NCBI GenBank assembly: GCA_020437585.1
Contig: JAGQWG010000001.1
Coordinates: 216,577-280,576 of the forward strand
DNA from: Ignavibacteriota bacterium
Lineage (GTDB): Bacteria; Bacteroidota; Ignavibacteria; Tepidaquicellales; Tepidaquicellaceae
Direction of reading: 5' to 3'
Length of the DNA stretch: 64,000 nt
The notes below the pieces were generated by a model. That model was not told the origin of the DNA. It searched no databases and saw only the letters and a program-made list of their open reading frames with translations. Both the position numbers and the translations under genes were made by a program. The number at the start of each line of letters is the position of its first letter. Positions within the stretch are counted from its first letter, which is position 1. This document shows positions 1 through 9,432 of the stretch, in pieces.

Positions 1-577
1 CAATCTCGCCTGATTCTAAATAATTAGTATTAAAAGTCATCGCATCACGGAGTTCATCAATTGCAAAAAATTCGTCTTCGATGTTTGCATCAATAACAAG
101 AACCCTTCCACTTTTAGGAACCTTATTTGTATCCAATGTTTTCTTTATCGCAAGAATATCTTCCCAGGCAAGTGAAGCACCTGCAAAATCGCTTGCGTTT
201 GTAGTTGTTTGAGCTTGCGAAACAACTAGGTTATCAAATTTTTCTTGTAATACTAATGAGGCTGAATTAAGATACTCCCGGATTAATGAACCGGCAGATT
301 CGAATTGAGCAAGAAGTTCATCTGCCAAAGGAACAGCATACCCCACTAACGGAACATTAATAAGACTTGTATCAGCTTTCACTTTCTTTCTGTCGCTATC
401 AACTAACGGTGTCCCGGCAGTCTTAACTATCGGGATAGCGAGATCAGGTACATCAACAGAACTTGCTCCGGGTCTTACCATCGAATCGAATGCTCTATTG
501 GCAAGTTGAAAGATTCCCTGAGACTCAATAAGACGTGTTATTACACTGTCCGCTACAATTGTTTTTGAAAATGCCAT
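1..577 (-). CDS. Phage major capsid protein, N-terminal 192 aa (partial, continues left of window)
   Basis: Reading frame is open from the ATG at 577-575 to position 1. It is absent from the ORF track because there is no stop in the window. My translation: MAFSKTIVADSVITRLIESQGIFQLANRAFDSMVRPGASSVDVPDL...KVPKSGRVLVIDANIEDEFFAIDELRDAMTFN. It lies directly downstream of the scaffold gene, as in the P2 O-N order. The capsid call rests on position and general resemblance only. Confidence 0.55.
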   Translation of the reverse strand, partial: MAFSKTIVADSVITRLIESQGIFQLANRAFDSMVRPGASSVDVPDLAIPIVKTAGTPLVDSDRKKVKADTSLINVPLVGYAVPLADELLAQFESAGSLIREYLNSASLVLQEKFDNLVVSQAQTTTNASDFAGASLAWEDILAIKKTLDTNKVPKSGRVLVIDANIEDEFFAIDELRDAMTFNTNYLESGEI

Positions 578-608
578 AATTTAAATTTTAAAGTTTAGAT
601 TAACAAAA

Positions 609-1571
609 TTAAAAATTGCCAAAATCATTGGATTCTTCTCTTAGTTTTATCAACTCCTCTTCTGTAAGAATCTTTGAATACTTCCCCGGATTGTTTAGTA
701 CATCACTATATGTCAAAGGACTACCGTCGGACTTAGTAAATTTTTGATTATCGTGTCCGGTAAATCCTGTTGACTCTATGCTTCTTGTAAAAAGAGCTTT
801 CGGAGGAAGCTTGTCAATAAATTTCATACATGCGTCTAGATTTTCTTCTGCAAATTCCCTAATCTCACCCTCCTGGGCAGGGACTATTTTCGCTTGGGCA
901 ATCGCCGATTTAAGCAATATATCTGTTGCCTTAGTTTTGTAGATTTTTACTTCATTTTGCAATTGTGTATAAACAGAATGAAGTTTTTTGGCAAGCTTTT
1001 CTTCTGTTATTCCTTGATCTAGCTCAACTCCGACCCCCAATGCAAATTCCAAGATTTTTTCCATTTTATTGTTTTTATTTAAATTGTTACCTGATTTTAT
1101 TTCTTTTCGAGACATTGAATAAAGTATTTTCCCAGCTACCAATTCCGGATTATAATTTCTATCCCTCTCGGTAAATTCAAGTGCAGGAAGCCCTGCTACA
1201 GCAGGACGGTTTGTCAATGCAACAGCAACCAGATAGAGACAATCTTTAAATGGTTCATAATTAAGCTTACCAAGCTCAATCGAACACCGTCTGTACTTTT
1301 TTGAATTAACCAATTTAATTAGGTCATCATCTAAGTGTGAAAAAGATGCGTACAACTTATCTCCGATCACCATTAGAGCTTCGACCCAGCCGTAGGCTTT
1401 TGGTTCTTCCGAAGAAGATGAACTAGGATGGCCTATCCATATAGGCGCTTCATAAACTGCAGGATCATAACTTTGAGCGATTTGCTCCAGTTCCATTGCG
1501 GTTACCGTCCCCTGTGGATATTGTCCCGCAGTAAAAACATGAAAGAATTTTTTGTTGTGGTAGTTTAACAT
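609..1571 (-). CDS. Phage capsid scaffolding protein / prohead protease, P2 GPO family
   Basis: GTVTAMELEQIAQSYDPAVYEAPIWIGH aligns by eye with recalled P2 gpO GRVISAQDIQEMAETFDPRVYGCRINLEH. CLYLVAVALTNRPAVAGLPALEF aligns with KCYLVGLAVTDDPASLGTEYLEF. The C-terminal half is coiled and charged. Confidence 0.75.
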   Translation of the reverse strand: MLNYHNKKFFHVFTAGQYPQGTVTAMELEQIAQSYDPAVYEAPIWIGHPSSSSSEEPKAYGWVEALMVIGDKLYASFSHLDDDLIKLVNSKKYRRCSIELGKLNYEPFKDCLYLVAVALTNRPAVAGLPALEFTERDRNYNPELVAGKILYSMSRKEIKSGNNLNKNNKMEKILEFALGVGVELDQGITEEKLAKKLHSVYTQLQNEVKIYKTKATDILLKSAIAQAKIVPAQEGEIREFAEENLDACMKFIDKLPPKALFTRSIESTGFTGHDNQKFTKSDGSPLTYSDVLNNPGKYSKILTEEELIKLREESNDFGNF

Positions 1572-1577
1572 AGTGAT

Positions 1578-1637
1578 GCAATTTATAATATGAAAATCAT
1601 TTTTCCAAATACTAAAAGGTTAGATACGTATCTATAC
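1578..1637 (-). promoter_or_regulatory. Palindrome-box promoter copy 1, proximal promoter of the scaffold-capsid operon
   Basis: Palindrome TAGATACGTATCTA at 1621-1634. On the minus strand, TTTG at 1609-1606 starts 18 nt after the dyad centre, and TAAATTGC at 1585-1578 follows 20 nt later. The scaffold ATG is at 1571. Part of a 37-bp direct repeat (1601-1637). Confidence 0.55.
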
Positions 1638-1667
1638 TTTTTTTATCTTTTGATTAGAACAAGGCAA

Positions 1668-1727
1668 CCAATTTAATAAAAGAAAAATCAGTTTCCAAAT
1701 ACTAAAAGGTTAGATACGTATCTATAC
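1668..1727 (-). promoter_or_regulatory. Palindrome-box promoter copy 2, distal tandem promoter
   Basis: Palindrome at 1711-1724, minus-strand TTTG at 1699-1696 and TAAATTGG at 1675-1668. Spacings are the same 18 and 20 nt. The 36-bp repeat 1692-1727 is identical to 1602-1637, with a 90-bp period. Confidence 0.5.
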
Positions 1728-1808
1728 ATGATTTTCAAAAATTATTATTATAGCAGTACTAATTTTTAAACTGATCACTAATCCAAGAAAGTAAATTGTG
1801 ATATGAAT

Positions 1809-1873
1809 AAAAAGTATAGATACGTATCTAACCCTTTTCTCTTTGCAATCGAAATTTTCATACTATATATTTG
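1809..1873 (+). promoter_or_regulatory. Palindrome-box promoter copy 3, promoter of the portal-terminase operon
   Basis: Palindrome at 1817-1830, TTTG at 1842-1845 (18 nt after the dyad centre), and TATATTTG at 1866-1873 after a 20-nt spacer. TATATTTG fits the Bacteroidota TAnnTTTG -7 consensus. The first gene's ATG is at 1905. Confidence 0.6.
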
Positions 1874-1904
1874 TATCGGTTTTTAAATCAAATCATACTA
1901 CCGC

Positions 1905-2291
1905 ATGCAAAAAGAAATTAGAGATAAACTTATCTCCCTGCTTGACGAAAGCCTCCCATCTATTACAGGTAAAGTTACTCGCTACCGAGGAGAGTTTGAA
2001 AAAGACTCCCGATGGAATCCGGAATTTCCTGCCTGCTTTGTTTTTCTTAAAGGATTCAACAAAGACATTGAGGGTACATACGGAGAAACACTTAAAAAAG
2101 GTTACTCCTTTCTTATTTATATTGCTGATCGAGATGATTGCGCTTCTCTGGCTGAAGAAATCTACAACACTCTGGATGGACTACAGATCGACATAGATGG
2201 AGATTTTTATAAATTGAACATTCGTTTAGTAAAACTTCTTGGATTTTTATATAGTGTTGATGTCTATACTATTGAATTAACAATAACCTAA
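1905..2291 (+). CDS. Phage protein, Mu gp37-like (DUF1834-like) head/tail joining candidate
   Basis: 128 aa. The pattern GKVTRYRGEF...FPACFVFLKG...FLIYIA...LDG resembles recalled DUF1834 proteins. First gene of the plus-strand phage operon. Confidence 0.45.
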   Translation: MQKEIRDKLISLLDESLPSITGKVTRYRGEFEKDSRWNPEFPACFVFLKGFNKDIEGTYGETLKKGYSFLIYIADRDDCASLAEEIYNTLDGLQIDIDGDFYKLNIRLVKLLGFLYSVDVYTIELTIT

Positions 2292-2317
2292 TTTTATTAA
2301 CCTATAACTACCATAAA

Positions 2318-3754
2318 ATGGAATTAATTAATAAACTTAAGCGGTCCATTTCAGATTCCTTAATAAAATTCGCTGCTGATAAAAAACCTTTATCAATGAA
2401 TCCTGCCATGGATAGTAAAGTTGTACGTCATGGAGGATTTAGAAATGTATTTAGTTTGTACACGGAAGAATTCTCTGGGCTAACGGCATATAATATAAAA
2501 CATTATTTTGAGGCAGCAAGGAAGGGCTTAAATTTTTTTAAAGCTGCACTCTTTGAAGATATTAAAAGAAAGGATATGCAGATCGGAGGTGTCTGTCAAT
2601 CTAGAAAGCTTGGAATAACAGGCAGATATAAACTGAACAGGATCGAAAACTTTGTTCATTGCAATGATGAAGGTATGAAAGCCTTTGTTTTAGAAAATTT
2701 TTCCAAAATAAATTTACCTGCATTCTTTTCTGATGTTGTAGATGCAAGTGTAACAGGAGTAAGTAATTTCGAGATAATATATAGGACAAATGGGAATAGT
2801 ATAACAATTGATAAAATACAGAAAATCCCAAATGAATTGATTGTATATGATGAAGGGGGCGACAGATATCTTTACCTTTCCCCTGAGGAAAGGGACATAT
2901 TTAAATTAAGAAGCTTGACTGCCTCAGCTTATAGTGGCTTCGATGATCGACTTGATATCAGTAAACTATCTCTTATTGAACTACCTGAAGAAAAAGTTCT
3001 TGAAGTTCATGCGCTAGATGGAAATGCGGGTAATGGATTAATGAACGGATGTATAGATGCTCTCATATGGGCTTTCTTTTTCAAAAGTTACCTTATAAAA
3101 GATCTGGCAACATTCCTGGAGCTTTTCGCTATCCCCGCGATTATTGGGAAGTACGACCCCTTAATGAGCCGGGAGGACAGGGTTAAGTTCGACACAGCAA
3201 TCCGTGATTTTGGCAATCATTTTAGGATGGTAATGAGTAAAGATGCGGAAGTAGAATTTGTAACTGATACAAATAAAGGAAGTTCCAATGAAATATATCA
3301 CCGCACTCTTGAATACTGGGATAAAAAAATAGCCATCCGGATCCTGGGGCAAAACCTCTCAACTGAAGTTGACTCTGGAAGTTACGCAGCAGCGCAGGCA
3401 CATAGTATTATTAGAAATGATTTCCTTATCTCTGATATGATTCTATGTGAATCAGCAATGAATACCCTGATAAAAAAGGTAATAGACTTGAACTTTAGCA
3501 ACCCTAAAGTTTACCCGAAGTTCGAATTTCCTGAAACTAAATCCTTGGAAGACAAAAAGATGCTAAGCGATATATACAGTTCCCTCAGCAGTTCAGGCTA
3601 TCACCTGGACAAAGAAGAAGTATCTAAAGAACTTGGCATAACAACAACTCCTCAATCTGAGATAATTAGTAAATTAAGAGACCTTACTAAGGATCACTCG
3701 AGAAACGGAGAAATGGAGAAATTCTTGACTGATACTCTTGAAGAAACTATCTAA
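2318..3754 (+). CDS. Phage portal protein candidate (Mu gp29 / DUF935-like)
   Basis: 478 aa, a portal-typical size. It sits between head-completion-type genes and upstream of the terminase. Family assignment is from recall and not verified. Confidence 0.55.
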   Translation: MELINKLKRSISDSLIKFAADKKPLSMNPAMDSKVVRHGGFRNVFSLYTEEFSGLTAYNIKHYFEAARKGLNFFKAALFEDIKRKDMQIGGVCQSRKLGITGRYKLNRIENFVHCNDEGMKAFVLENFSKINLPAFFSDVVDASVTGVSNFEIIYRTNGNSITIDKIQKIPNELIVYDEGGDRYLYLSPEERDIFKLRSLTASAYSGFDDRLDISKLSLIELPEEKVLEVHALDGNAGNGLMNGCIDALIWAFFFKSYLIKDLATFLELFAIPAIIGKYDPLMSREDRVKFDTAIRDFGNHFRMVMSKDAEVEFVTDTNKGSSNEIYHRTLEYWDKKIAIRILGQNLSTEVDSGSYAAAQAHSIIRNDFLISDMILCESAMNTLIKKVIDLNFSNPKVYPKFEFPETKSLEDKKMLSDIYSSLSSSGYHLDKEEVSKELGITTTPQSEIISKLRDLTKDHSRNGEMEKFLTDTLEETI

Positions 3755-3778
3755 TTGACAATCTAAACCGATAAACAA

Positions 3779-4198
3779 ATGGCATACTCTACACAAGAAG
3801 ACATACTAAAACGTATTAGAAAGCGCGAGCTTGACAAACTGATTGAAAGTCTGGACGGCGAACCTGATTCCGCCGACATCCTGACTGAGGCGATCTCGAC
3901 CGCCGATAGTATAATCGATGGATATCTAAAAAGCGTCGTAAAGGCACTCCCTCTGACGGAGGTTCCCGAGGCAGTCATTGACTGTTCAGCAAACATTGCA
4001 ATCTACATTCTTCACTCTCGCATACAATATCACGATGTACCTGAATTTTGGAAGGAAAGATACGATAACTGCATCTCATATCTGAAGGATGTTTCAAAAG
4101 GTCTGGCCAATATAGAGACAACTATAAACGAGGATGACCAGCAGGATAGCTTAAAAGCCTACTCAAATGAGAATGTTTTTAATAGGAATCTGTACTGA
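3779..4198 (+). CDS. Phage head-tail connector-like protein (Mu gp36 / DUF1320-like)
   Basis: 139 aa. YSTQEDILKRI...AISTADSIIDGYL...LPL...IAIYILHSR...ERYDNCISYLKDVSKG matches the recalled DUF1320 pattern. Its stop overlaps the terminase ATG (TGATG at 4196-4200). Confidence 0.6.
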   Translation: MAYSTQEDILKRIRKRELDKLIESLDGEPDSADILTEAISTADSIIDGYLKSVVKALPLTEVPEAVIDCSANIAIYILHSRIQYHDVPEFWKERYDNCISYLKDVSKGLANIETTINEDDQQDSLKAYSNENVFNRNLY

Positions 4199-5535
4199 TG
4201 GAAATAACAAGTCTTAATGATCTTCTTCCAAATTATAAATCTCTGCCTGCTTTAGAAAAGTGGCACATGTCAGATCACCTTGAAAAAGGGATAAAAGGTG
4301 GAGTTAGAAGCGGGAAGACATATGCACTAATGGCTGAGGCGTTATACCTTGCATACTGTAACCGCCCGTTTTTTCATTTATCTCTCTCTCCATCATTTGA
4401 TAATGCATGTGATACTGTTGTCGTTGTTTTGGAAGAACTCTGTGTTCGAAATAAATTGGAATACAGATGGATAAAATCAAACCGAACATTTCAATTCTGG
4501 CTTGAGAATGATAAAGATAACCACGCAAATATCCTCATTTACGGCTCGGAAATGTCGTTTAAAGGCATTACTGCCGCGTCCGGCGATATAAACGAACCCT
4601 TCTCAATTCCAAAAAAGAATATCCTGATTTGGTGGGAAAGAATATCACATCCGGAAGCCGCACGGCTCGTTCGCCTCTGGGGAGGAACCGCCGAACCCGA
4701 CAAGATGCAGTGGGGATGGGAGTATTGGGAAAAGGAGGAAATCAAAAATGATGATTCTTATATAACCACCATCACCACATATGACAATATCCATCTGAGT
4801 GATGACTACAAAAGACGGCTGGAGGATAAATACGATAGTCGTATGCGTGAGGTTTATATGATGGGTAAGAACATAAACCTATCAGCTGACCGCGCTTACT
4901 ACGCTTTTGATACTGAAAGATCTGTTGTGAAACAAAGCCAGGTGCAAACAACCAAAATTATCATCGGCTTCGATTTCAATGTGGATCCTATGTGCGCAAT
5001 AGAGTTAATCATAGACGAAGATGTTCGAACTCAGGTCGATGAGTATGTAATTCATTCCTCAAATACAGGTGAACTCTGTGAGTACATTATTATGCGACTT
5101 TTACAAAAATACAATCGGGAAGATATTACATTGATCATCACAGGTGATGCGTCAGGCAGGGCTTTGAAGACCGCTAGCTTCGGTAGAACGGATTATATGA
5201 TCATAAAAGAAGCATTCGAGAGAGCAGGATTTAGCTTAGATTTATATATCCCGAACAGTAATCCTCCCGTCCGAGATAGGATAAACTTTACTAATAAACT
5301 CTTTGAAACGGGTAAATATCTGATAACAGAAAATTGTAAGCAGTCAATCAAAGACCGGGGTCTCGTAACATGGAAACAGGGAACCGACGGCTTCATTATA
5401 GATAAATCGCGTCGGGACATATCACATTTATCGGATGCAGGAGATTACGCACTTTGGGCTAGCAAAAAAGTTGAAAATAGTGAACAGGATTACTTTACAA
5501 TTCAGCAAATGGGAAAAGCAAGGGAGTACCTCTAA
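4198..5535 (+). CDS. Phage terminase large subunit
   Basis: 445 aa. N-terminal Walker A GGVRSGKT. C-terminal nuclease-like half with acidic motifs (IIIGFDFNVDP, LIITGDASG). Translationally coupled to the upstream phage gene. Confidence 0.8.
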   Translation: MEITSLNDLLPNYKSLPALEKWHMSDHLEKGIKGGVRSGKTYALMAEALYLAYCNRPFFHLSLSPSFDNACDTVVVVLEELCVRNKLEYRWIKSNRTFQFWLENDKDNHANILIYGSEMSFKGITAASGDINEPFSIPKKNILIWWERISHPEAARLVRLWGGTAEPDKMQWGWEYWEKEEIKNDDSYITTITTYDNIHLSDDYKRRLEDKYDSRMREVYMMGKNINLSADRAYYAFDTERSVVKQSQVQTTKIIIGFDFNVDPMCAIELIIDEDVRTQVDEYVIHSSNTGELCEYIIMRLLQKYNREDITLIITGDASGRALKTASFGRTDYMIIKEAFERAGFSLDLYIPNSNPPVRDRINFTNKLFETGKYLITENCKQSIKDRGLVTWKQGTDGFIIDKSRRDISHLSDAGDYALWASKKVENSEQDYFTIQQMGKAREYL

Positions 5536-5586
5536 ATCGACTCGTATTAATTAAACAAAAGGATTAAGTTATTATAAATAAAACTT

Positions 5587-6135
5587 TTGAAAAAGAATAA
5601 ACCTTTCTGGAAAATACTCTCGACCCAAAAAGGGTTTGCAGGTGGCTGGATAGATATGGACATCGACCGCGTTGAGCTTCCCGATGGGAAGGTAATCGAA
5701 TTCGAAGCGGTTCACTATCATAATAATGGCGTCGGTGTTGCGGCGGAAAATTCAGAAGGAAAGGTGATCCTTGTTAAAAGCTATCGGTATATAAATGATT
5801 TCACCGGTTGGGAAATACCTGCGGGTACTATCGATAAAGGCTTGCATCATTCCGATGTGATAGTTAAGGAACTGAAAGAGGAAGCAGGATGCGAGGTAAG
5901 CAAGGAGGATCTAACTTACCTAGGTTACCATTACGCATCTATCGGTTCCAGTTCGCAAAAATTTCACTGCTACCACGCAAAGAACGTTAAACAGGTTACA
6001 ACCGAGCTGGATGAAAATGAAATCCTCGACGCAAAATGGTTCACAAAAGACGAGATCAGAAAGATGATTATGGGTAACGAGATAAAAGACGGGTTCAGTC
6101 TTTCAGTACTCCAGAGGATACTGCTTCAGGAGTGA
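5587..6135 (+). CDS. NUDIX hydrolase (ADP-ribose pyrophosphatase-like)
   Basis: Nudix box GTIDKGLHHSDVIVKELKEEAGCEV. The track start is a TTG, so the true start is uncertain. Confidence 0.75.
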   Translation: MKKNKPFWKILSTQKGFAGGWIDMDIDRVELPDGKVIEFEAVHYHNNGVGVAAENSEGKVILVKSYRYINDFTGWEIPAGTIDKGLHHSDVIVKELKEEAGCEVSKEDLTYLGYHYASIGSSSQKFHCYHAKNVKQVTTELDENEILDAKWFTKDEIRKMIMGNEIKDGFSLSVLQRILLQE

Positions 6136-6597
6136 TCACACCGGGATAGTTTTGCTCCTGTTATTTATTATGTCCAGGTCTGAACGCTTTGGAAAGTTAA
6201 GTATTACATATACTCCTGCTACTATCATTCCAAAAGTCGCATACACAAGGTTATAATTTATAAACAAGTTAGTAACAATTGCAAATATACCTCCCAAATC
6301 GCAGAGAAAAAAAGAAATAATATAAACACCGGCAAAGGTGTTTTTGAAGTTGTCCTTGTTTACGCTTTTTAATCTGGCTTTTCGGAGATAGATGGAGGAA
6401 ATACAAAGTATTGGTGCCGCAATCACCGAAATTAAGTTAAGTATTGCCATATCTTTATTAACATTATTAGAAGCTACTATCAAACCAAGGCTATAAATAA
6501 CAATTAGCCCCACTATTATACTGATCCCAATTACACGTATCTTTCGGGTTTCAACCAAAAAACGAACTTCCTCGACTAAGTTTACAGGATTTTCCAT
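6136..6597 (-). CDS. Hypothetical integral membrane protein
   Basis: 153 aa with about four hydrophobic helices and no recognisable motif. Confidence 0.5.
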   Translation of the reverse strand: MENPVNLVEEVRFLVETRKIRVIGISIIVGLIVIYSLGLIVASNNVNKDMAILNLISVIAAPILCISSIYLRKARLKSVNKDNFKNTFAGVYIISFFLCDLGGIFAIVTNLFINYNLVYATFGMIVAGVYVILNFPKRSDLDIINNRSKTIPV

Positions 6598-6666
6598 ATT
6601 CCTTTAAAATTGTTTGTATTTTAAATTAATATTATTTTAGAGGAATATTAACCCTTAAATTCATAT

Positions 6667-7725
6667 ATGTCAAGAAACGGAACAATAAGCACTGCTGAGA
6701 AACTTCCTGATGAGGATATGGATTTCGTTACCGGGGTTAGACCTCGAGAATTCAACGAATTTGTTGGACAGGAAAAGGTTAAAGAAAATCTAAAGATATT
6801 CATTGAAAGCTCCAAAAAACTTAATGAATCGCTCGATCATGTACTTTTTACCGGTCCTCCCGGTTTAGGGAAAACAACTCTCGCCCATATCATTGCAAAT
6901 GAACTCGATACGGATATTATCAGCACTTCCGGTCCGGTAATAGAGCGTCCGGGTGATCTTGCCGGCATGCTGACCAAATTAAAGGAAAAGGAAATACTTT
7001 TTATAGATGAGATACACAGGATCCCGAAGGTTGTGGAAGAGTTTCTATATTCTGCAATGGAAGAGTACCGGCTGGACATAGTGGTAGACCAGGGACCGGC
7101 TGCTAGGAGCATCCCACTAAAGCTGGAAAGATTTACCTTGATTGGCGCAACTACCCGACAGGGGTTATTATCCTCACCTATGCTGGACAGGTTCGGGATA
7201 ACAGCGCACCTCGATTACTATAATAACGAAAATCTGAGCAGCATTGTAAAACGATCTGCAAAAATACTCGGGATCGAAATAACAGAAGAGGGGTGTCATG
7301 AGATTGCAAGAAGAAGTAGGGCAACACCCCGAATTGCTAACCGTTTACTGCGAAGAACCAGGGATTTTGCGATAGTCAAAGGCAACGGAAAGGTGGATAA
7401 AGAGATAGCAGAGTATGCGCTCGAATCATTGGGAGTAGATGAGTACGGATTGGATAAGATAGATAAAAAAATCCTCGAAACTATAATAGTAAAGCATGAT
7501 GGCGGTCCCGTTGGGCTCAATACGATCGCAGCTTCGATTGGTGAAGATGCCGGAACTGTAGAAGATGTTTACGAACCGTTTCTGATTATAGAGGGCTTTA
7601 TAAAAAGAACACCAAAGGGCAGGGAGGCTACGCCGCATGCTTACAAGCATCTTGGAATACAAAAACCTCCAGCAGGCAGAAAAGGACCTCAGGGGGCTAC
7701 TTTATTTGACAATAATAAAGATTAA
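6667..7725 (+). CDS. ruvB: Holliday junction branch migration helicase RuvB
   Basis: [11 protein letters not shown], Walker [10 protein letters not shown], Walker B LFIDEIHR and the sensor region [17 protein letters not shown]. Length is typical for RuvB. Confidence 0.95.
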   Translation: MSRNGTISTAEKLPDEDMDFVTGVRPREFNEFVGQEKVKENLKIFIESSKKLNESLDHVLFTGPPGLGKTTLAHIIANELDTDIISTSGPVIERPGDLAGMLTKLKEKEILFIDEIHRIPKVVEEFLYSAMEEYRLDIVVDQGPAARSIPLKLERFTLIGATTRQGLLSSPMLDRFGITAHLDYYNNENLSSIVKRSAKILGIEITEEGCHEIARRSRATPRIANRLLRRTRDFAIVKGNGKVDKEIAEYALESLGVDEYGLDKIDKKILETIIVKHDGGPVGLNTIAASIGEDAGTVEDVYEPFLIIEGFIKRTPKGREATPHAYKHLGIQKPPAGRKGPQGATLFDNNKD

Positions 7726-7730
7726 ATCTT

Positions 7731-8792
7731 ATGGGCACAAATTATAGAAATTTCTTGATTATTTTCATTTCCGTTTCGGTTTTCCTTGGATGCTCTCTAT
7801 TTAATAAGCTGAAAGAAAAACTATCCGAGAACAAAGAAGGAGAAAATATTGAAAAAACGGAAAACAGGGAGGAAACCGATAGGTCGTATATGGATCTTGA
7901 GTTTTATAACTCCTATATAGGGGTTATGAATAAACTTTCCGAATCCGTCGAGAATGTTCAAAAAGCATACCTGCAGAACGTACCCGAGCCAACAACGATC
8001 AAGAAAAATACTTTTATCATAATAGTGATGGCTGATACATATCTAGGTTTTCTTGAGAGGGATTATAAGGAGCAATATCGTTCTATGTACGATGGCGGAG
8101 ATCTAAGCAAACTGGAAGCATCCGAAGAAATGAAAACTACAGTTGAAGGTGACTTCAAAGATCTGCTGAAATCGATCGATGATTATATGAAAACAGCAGA
8201 CAAGGTTATTTCATACTATAAAGACGGTGATTTTAAAAGTGACCCTTCAAAGGCAGTTCCTTATGACGAGGAAATGAAGAATTCATACAAAAAGTATGAA
8301 GATGCGGATAAGAAGATCATGGCAGATCTAAAAAAATATAAACCTGAAAGAGAAGTAAGGGATCCAGATGATTACTCAAATCCTGATGAAAAATCCGTAG
8401 TAATCTTGGAGAATGCATATTTTAATACTTTAGATCAGGCTGACATTTATATGGAAGAATTTAGAAAAGCTCCAGATAAACCGGACCTTGTTGAGTTAAG
8501 GAAACAGCATGATCAGCTGGAAAAAGTGTTCAGCGAAGAGTCCGCTAAAGTTCAGGATGCACCTTTCACAGAAAAATCCAAGTATTTAAAATACAGTTAT
8601 GAAGATTATTTTGCTAAAATGGTAAAAGGACTCTTTGACAGCTCAAATGATTATATGAAGAAAATGGAAAAGGGTAATATAAAGGATTATGAGTATAATA
8701 ATATATACGATGCAGTCATTAGAAATTATAATAACGTTATAAATTCATACAATACTTCAATAAATAATTTGAATAGTTTTGTTGTTTATTAA
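7731..8792 (+). CDS. Hypothetical lipoprotein, helical and charged
   Basis: Signal peptide with lipobox VFLGC. The rest is K/E/D-rich. Confidence 0.5.
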   Translation: MGTNYRNFLIIFISVSVFLGCSLFNKLKEKLSENKEGENIEKTENREETDRSYMDLEFYNSYIGVMNKLSESVENVQKAYLQNVPEPTTIKKNTFIIIVMADTYLGFLERDYKEQYRSMYDGGDLSKLEASEEMKTTVEGDFKDLLKSIDDYMKTADKVISYYKDGDFKSDPSKAVPYDEEMKNSYKKYEDADKKIMADLKKYKPEREVRDPDDYSNPDEKSVVILENAYFNTLDQADIYMEEFRKAPDKPDLVELRKQHDQLEKVFSEESAKVQDAPFTEKSKYLKYSYEDYFAKMVKGLFDSSNDYMKKMEKGNIKDYEYNNIYDAVIRNYNNVINSYNTSINNLNSFVVY

Positions 8793-8859
8793 GAATACCA
8801 GCATTATGCATAATGTTTTAAGAACTTATTTTATATTTTATTGCTAGAATTTTAAAGAT

Positions 8860-9432
8860 ATGAAAAAAACATTAAAGCAAACATTAATATTACTTTGTAT
8901 AGCAATTTTCCTGGGATTCCTGGTAAATTTTATTAATCCCAATGGCGTCCCTCTTGTTATGGATACTGAAAAGTATTCAAAAGATACTGAGGAACCCGGT
9001 AAAGTGCTAGACCAGCTGGGAAATGACGGAAAGGATCTTGACCTCTCAAATCCTGACCTTGGCAATACACATCATGAGACAAAAGAGAGCACAAAACCTG
9101 TGAAGATCAACTATGACTTCGCAAAGCAATTGTTTGATAGAAAAGCGGTTTTTGTAGATGGCAGACCAGCAAATGAGTTTGCAGAAGGTCATATCCCGGG
9201 TGCTATAAATATCCCTTATGCAGATATCCGCGAAAAAACTCCAGAGGACAAGAGAAAAATGGTACAAAATATTAACGAGAATGCAGTAATAGTAACCTAT
9301 TGCAGCGGCTCTCATTGCGATATTAGCATAGACGTAGCATATGAGTTGTTCGATCTTGGATATAAAAACATTAATATCTATCTGGGCGGATTGGGAGAAT
9401 GGGTAGAGAAAGGATACCCGACTGAAAAGTAG
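8860..9432 (+). CDS. Rhodanese-domain protein, membrane anchored
   Basis: N-terminal transmembrane helix. Rhodanese motifs GHIPGAINIPY and active-site loop YCSGSHCDIS. Confidence 0.75.
   Translation: MKKTLKQTLILLCIAIFLGFLVNFINPNGVPLVMDTEKYSKDTEEPGKVLDQLGNDGKDLDLSNPDLGNTHHETKESTKPVKINYDFAKQLFDRKAVFVDGRPANEFAEGHIPGAINIPYADIREKTPEDKRKMVQNINENAVIVTYCSGSHCDISIDVAYELFDLGYKNINIYLGGLGEWVEKGYPTEK

Larger units (their letters stand above)
1..5535. mobile_element. Prophage-like head morphogenesis / DNA-packaging module, truncated by the left window edge
   Basis: Capsid, GPO-type scaffold, DUF1834-like, portal-sized, DUF1320-like and terminase large subunit ORFs form two divergent operons. Phage-type genes stop at 5535, followed by NUDIX, a membrane protein and ruvB. 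No integrase or att repeat seen in the window. Confidence 0.7.

Noticed and set aside
1653-1662. The 10-mer GATTAGAACA is shared between the phage intergenic region (plus strand) and the structured RNA (minus strand of 43161-43170). This hints at antisense pairing with a transcript from promoter copy 2.
   Set aside because: A single 10-11-nt match found after the fact in 128 kb of two-strand sequence is within chance expectation. It is not supported by a second complementary segment.
1601-1727. CRISPR-like array: a 36/37-bp direct repeat with a 53-bp spacer.
   Set aside because: There are only two copies. The repeat contains a palindromic operator plus promoter-like boxes. No cas genes are present. 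A third, inverted copy and a fourth, distant copy fit a regulatory element instead.
1843-2196. 117-aa plus-strand ORF overlapping the first phage operon gene in another frame.
   Set aside because: It starts inside the promoter's -33/-7 region. It overlaps the better-supported DUF1834-like frame almost entirely. Its sequence has no recognisable features.
5536-5586. Prophage right-end attachment site or direct repeat next to the terminase gene.
   Set aside because: No repeat matching any other part of the window was seen, and no tRNA or integrase is nearby. The boundary cannot be defined from this window.
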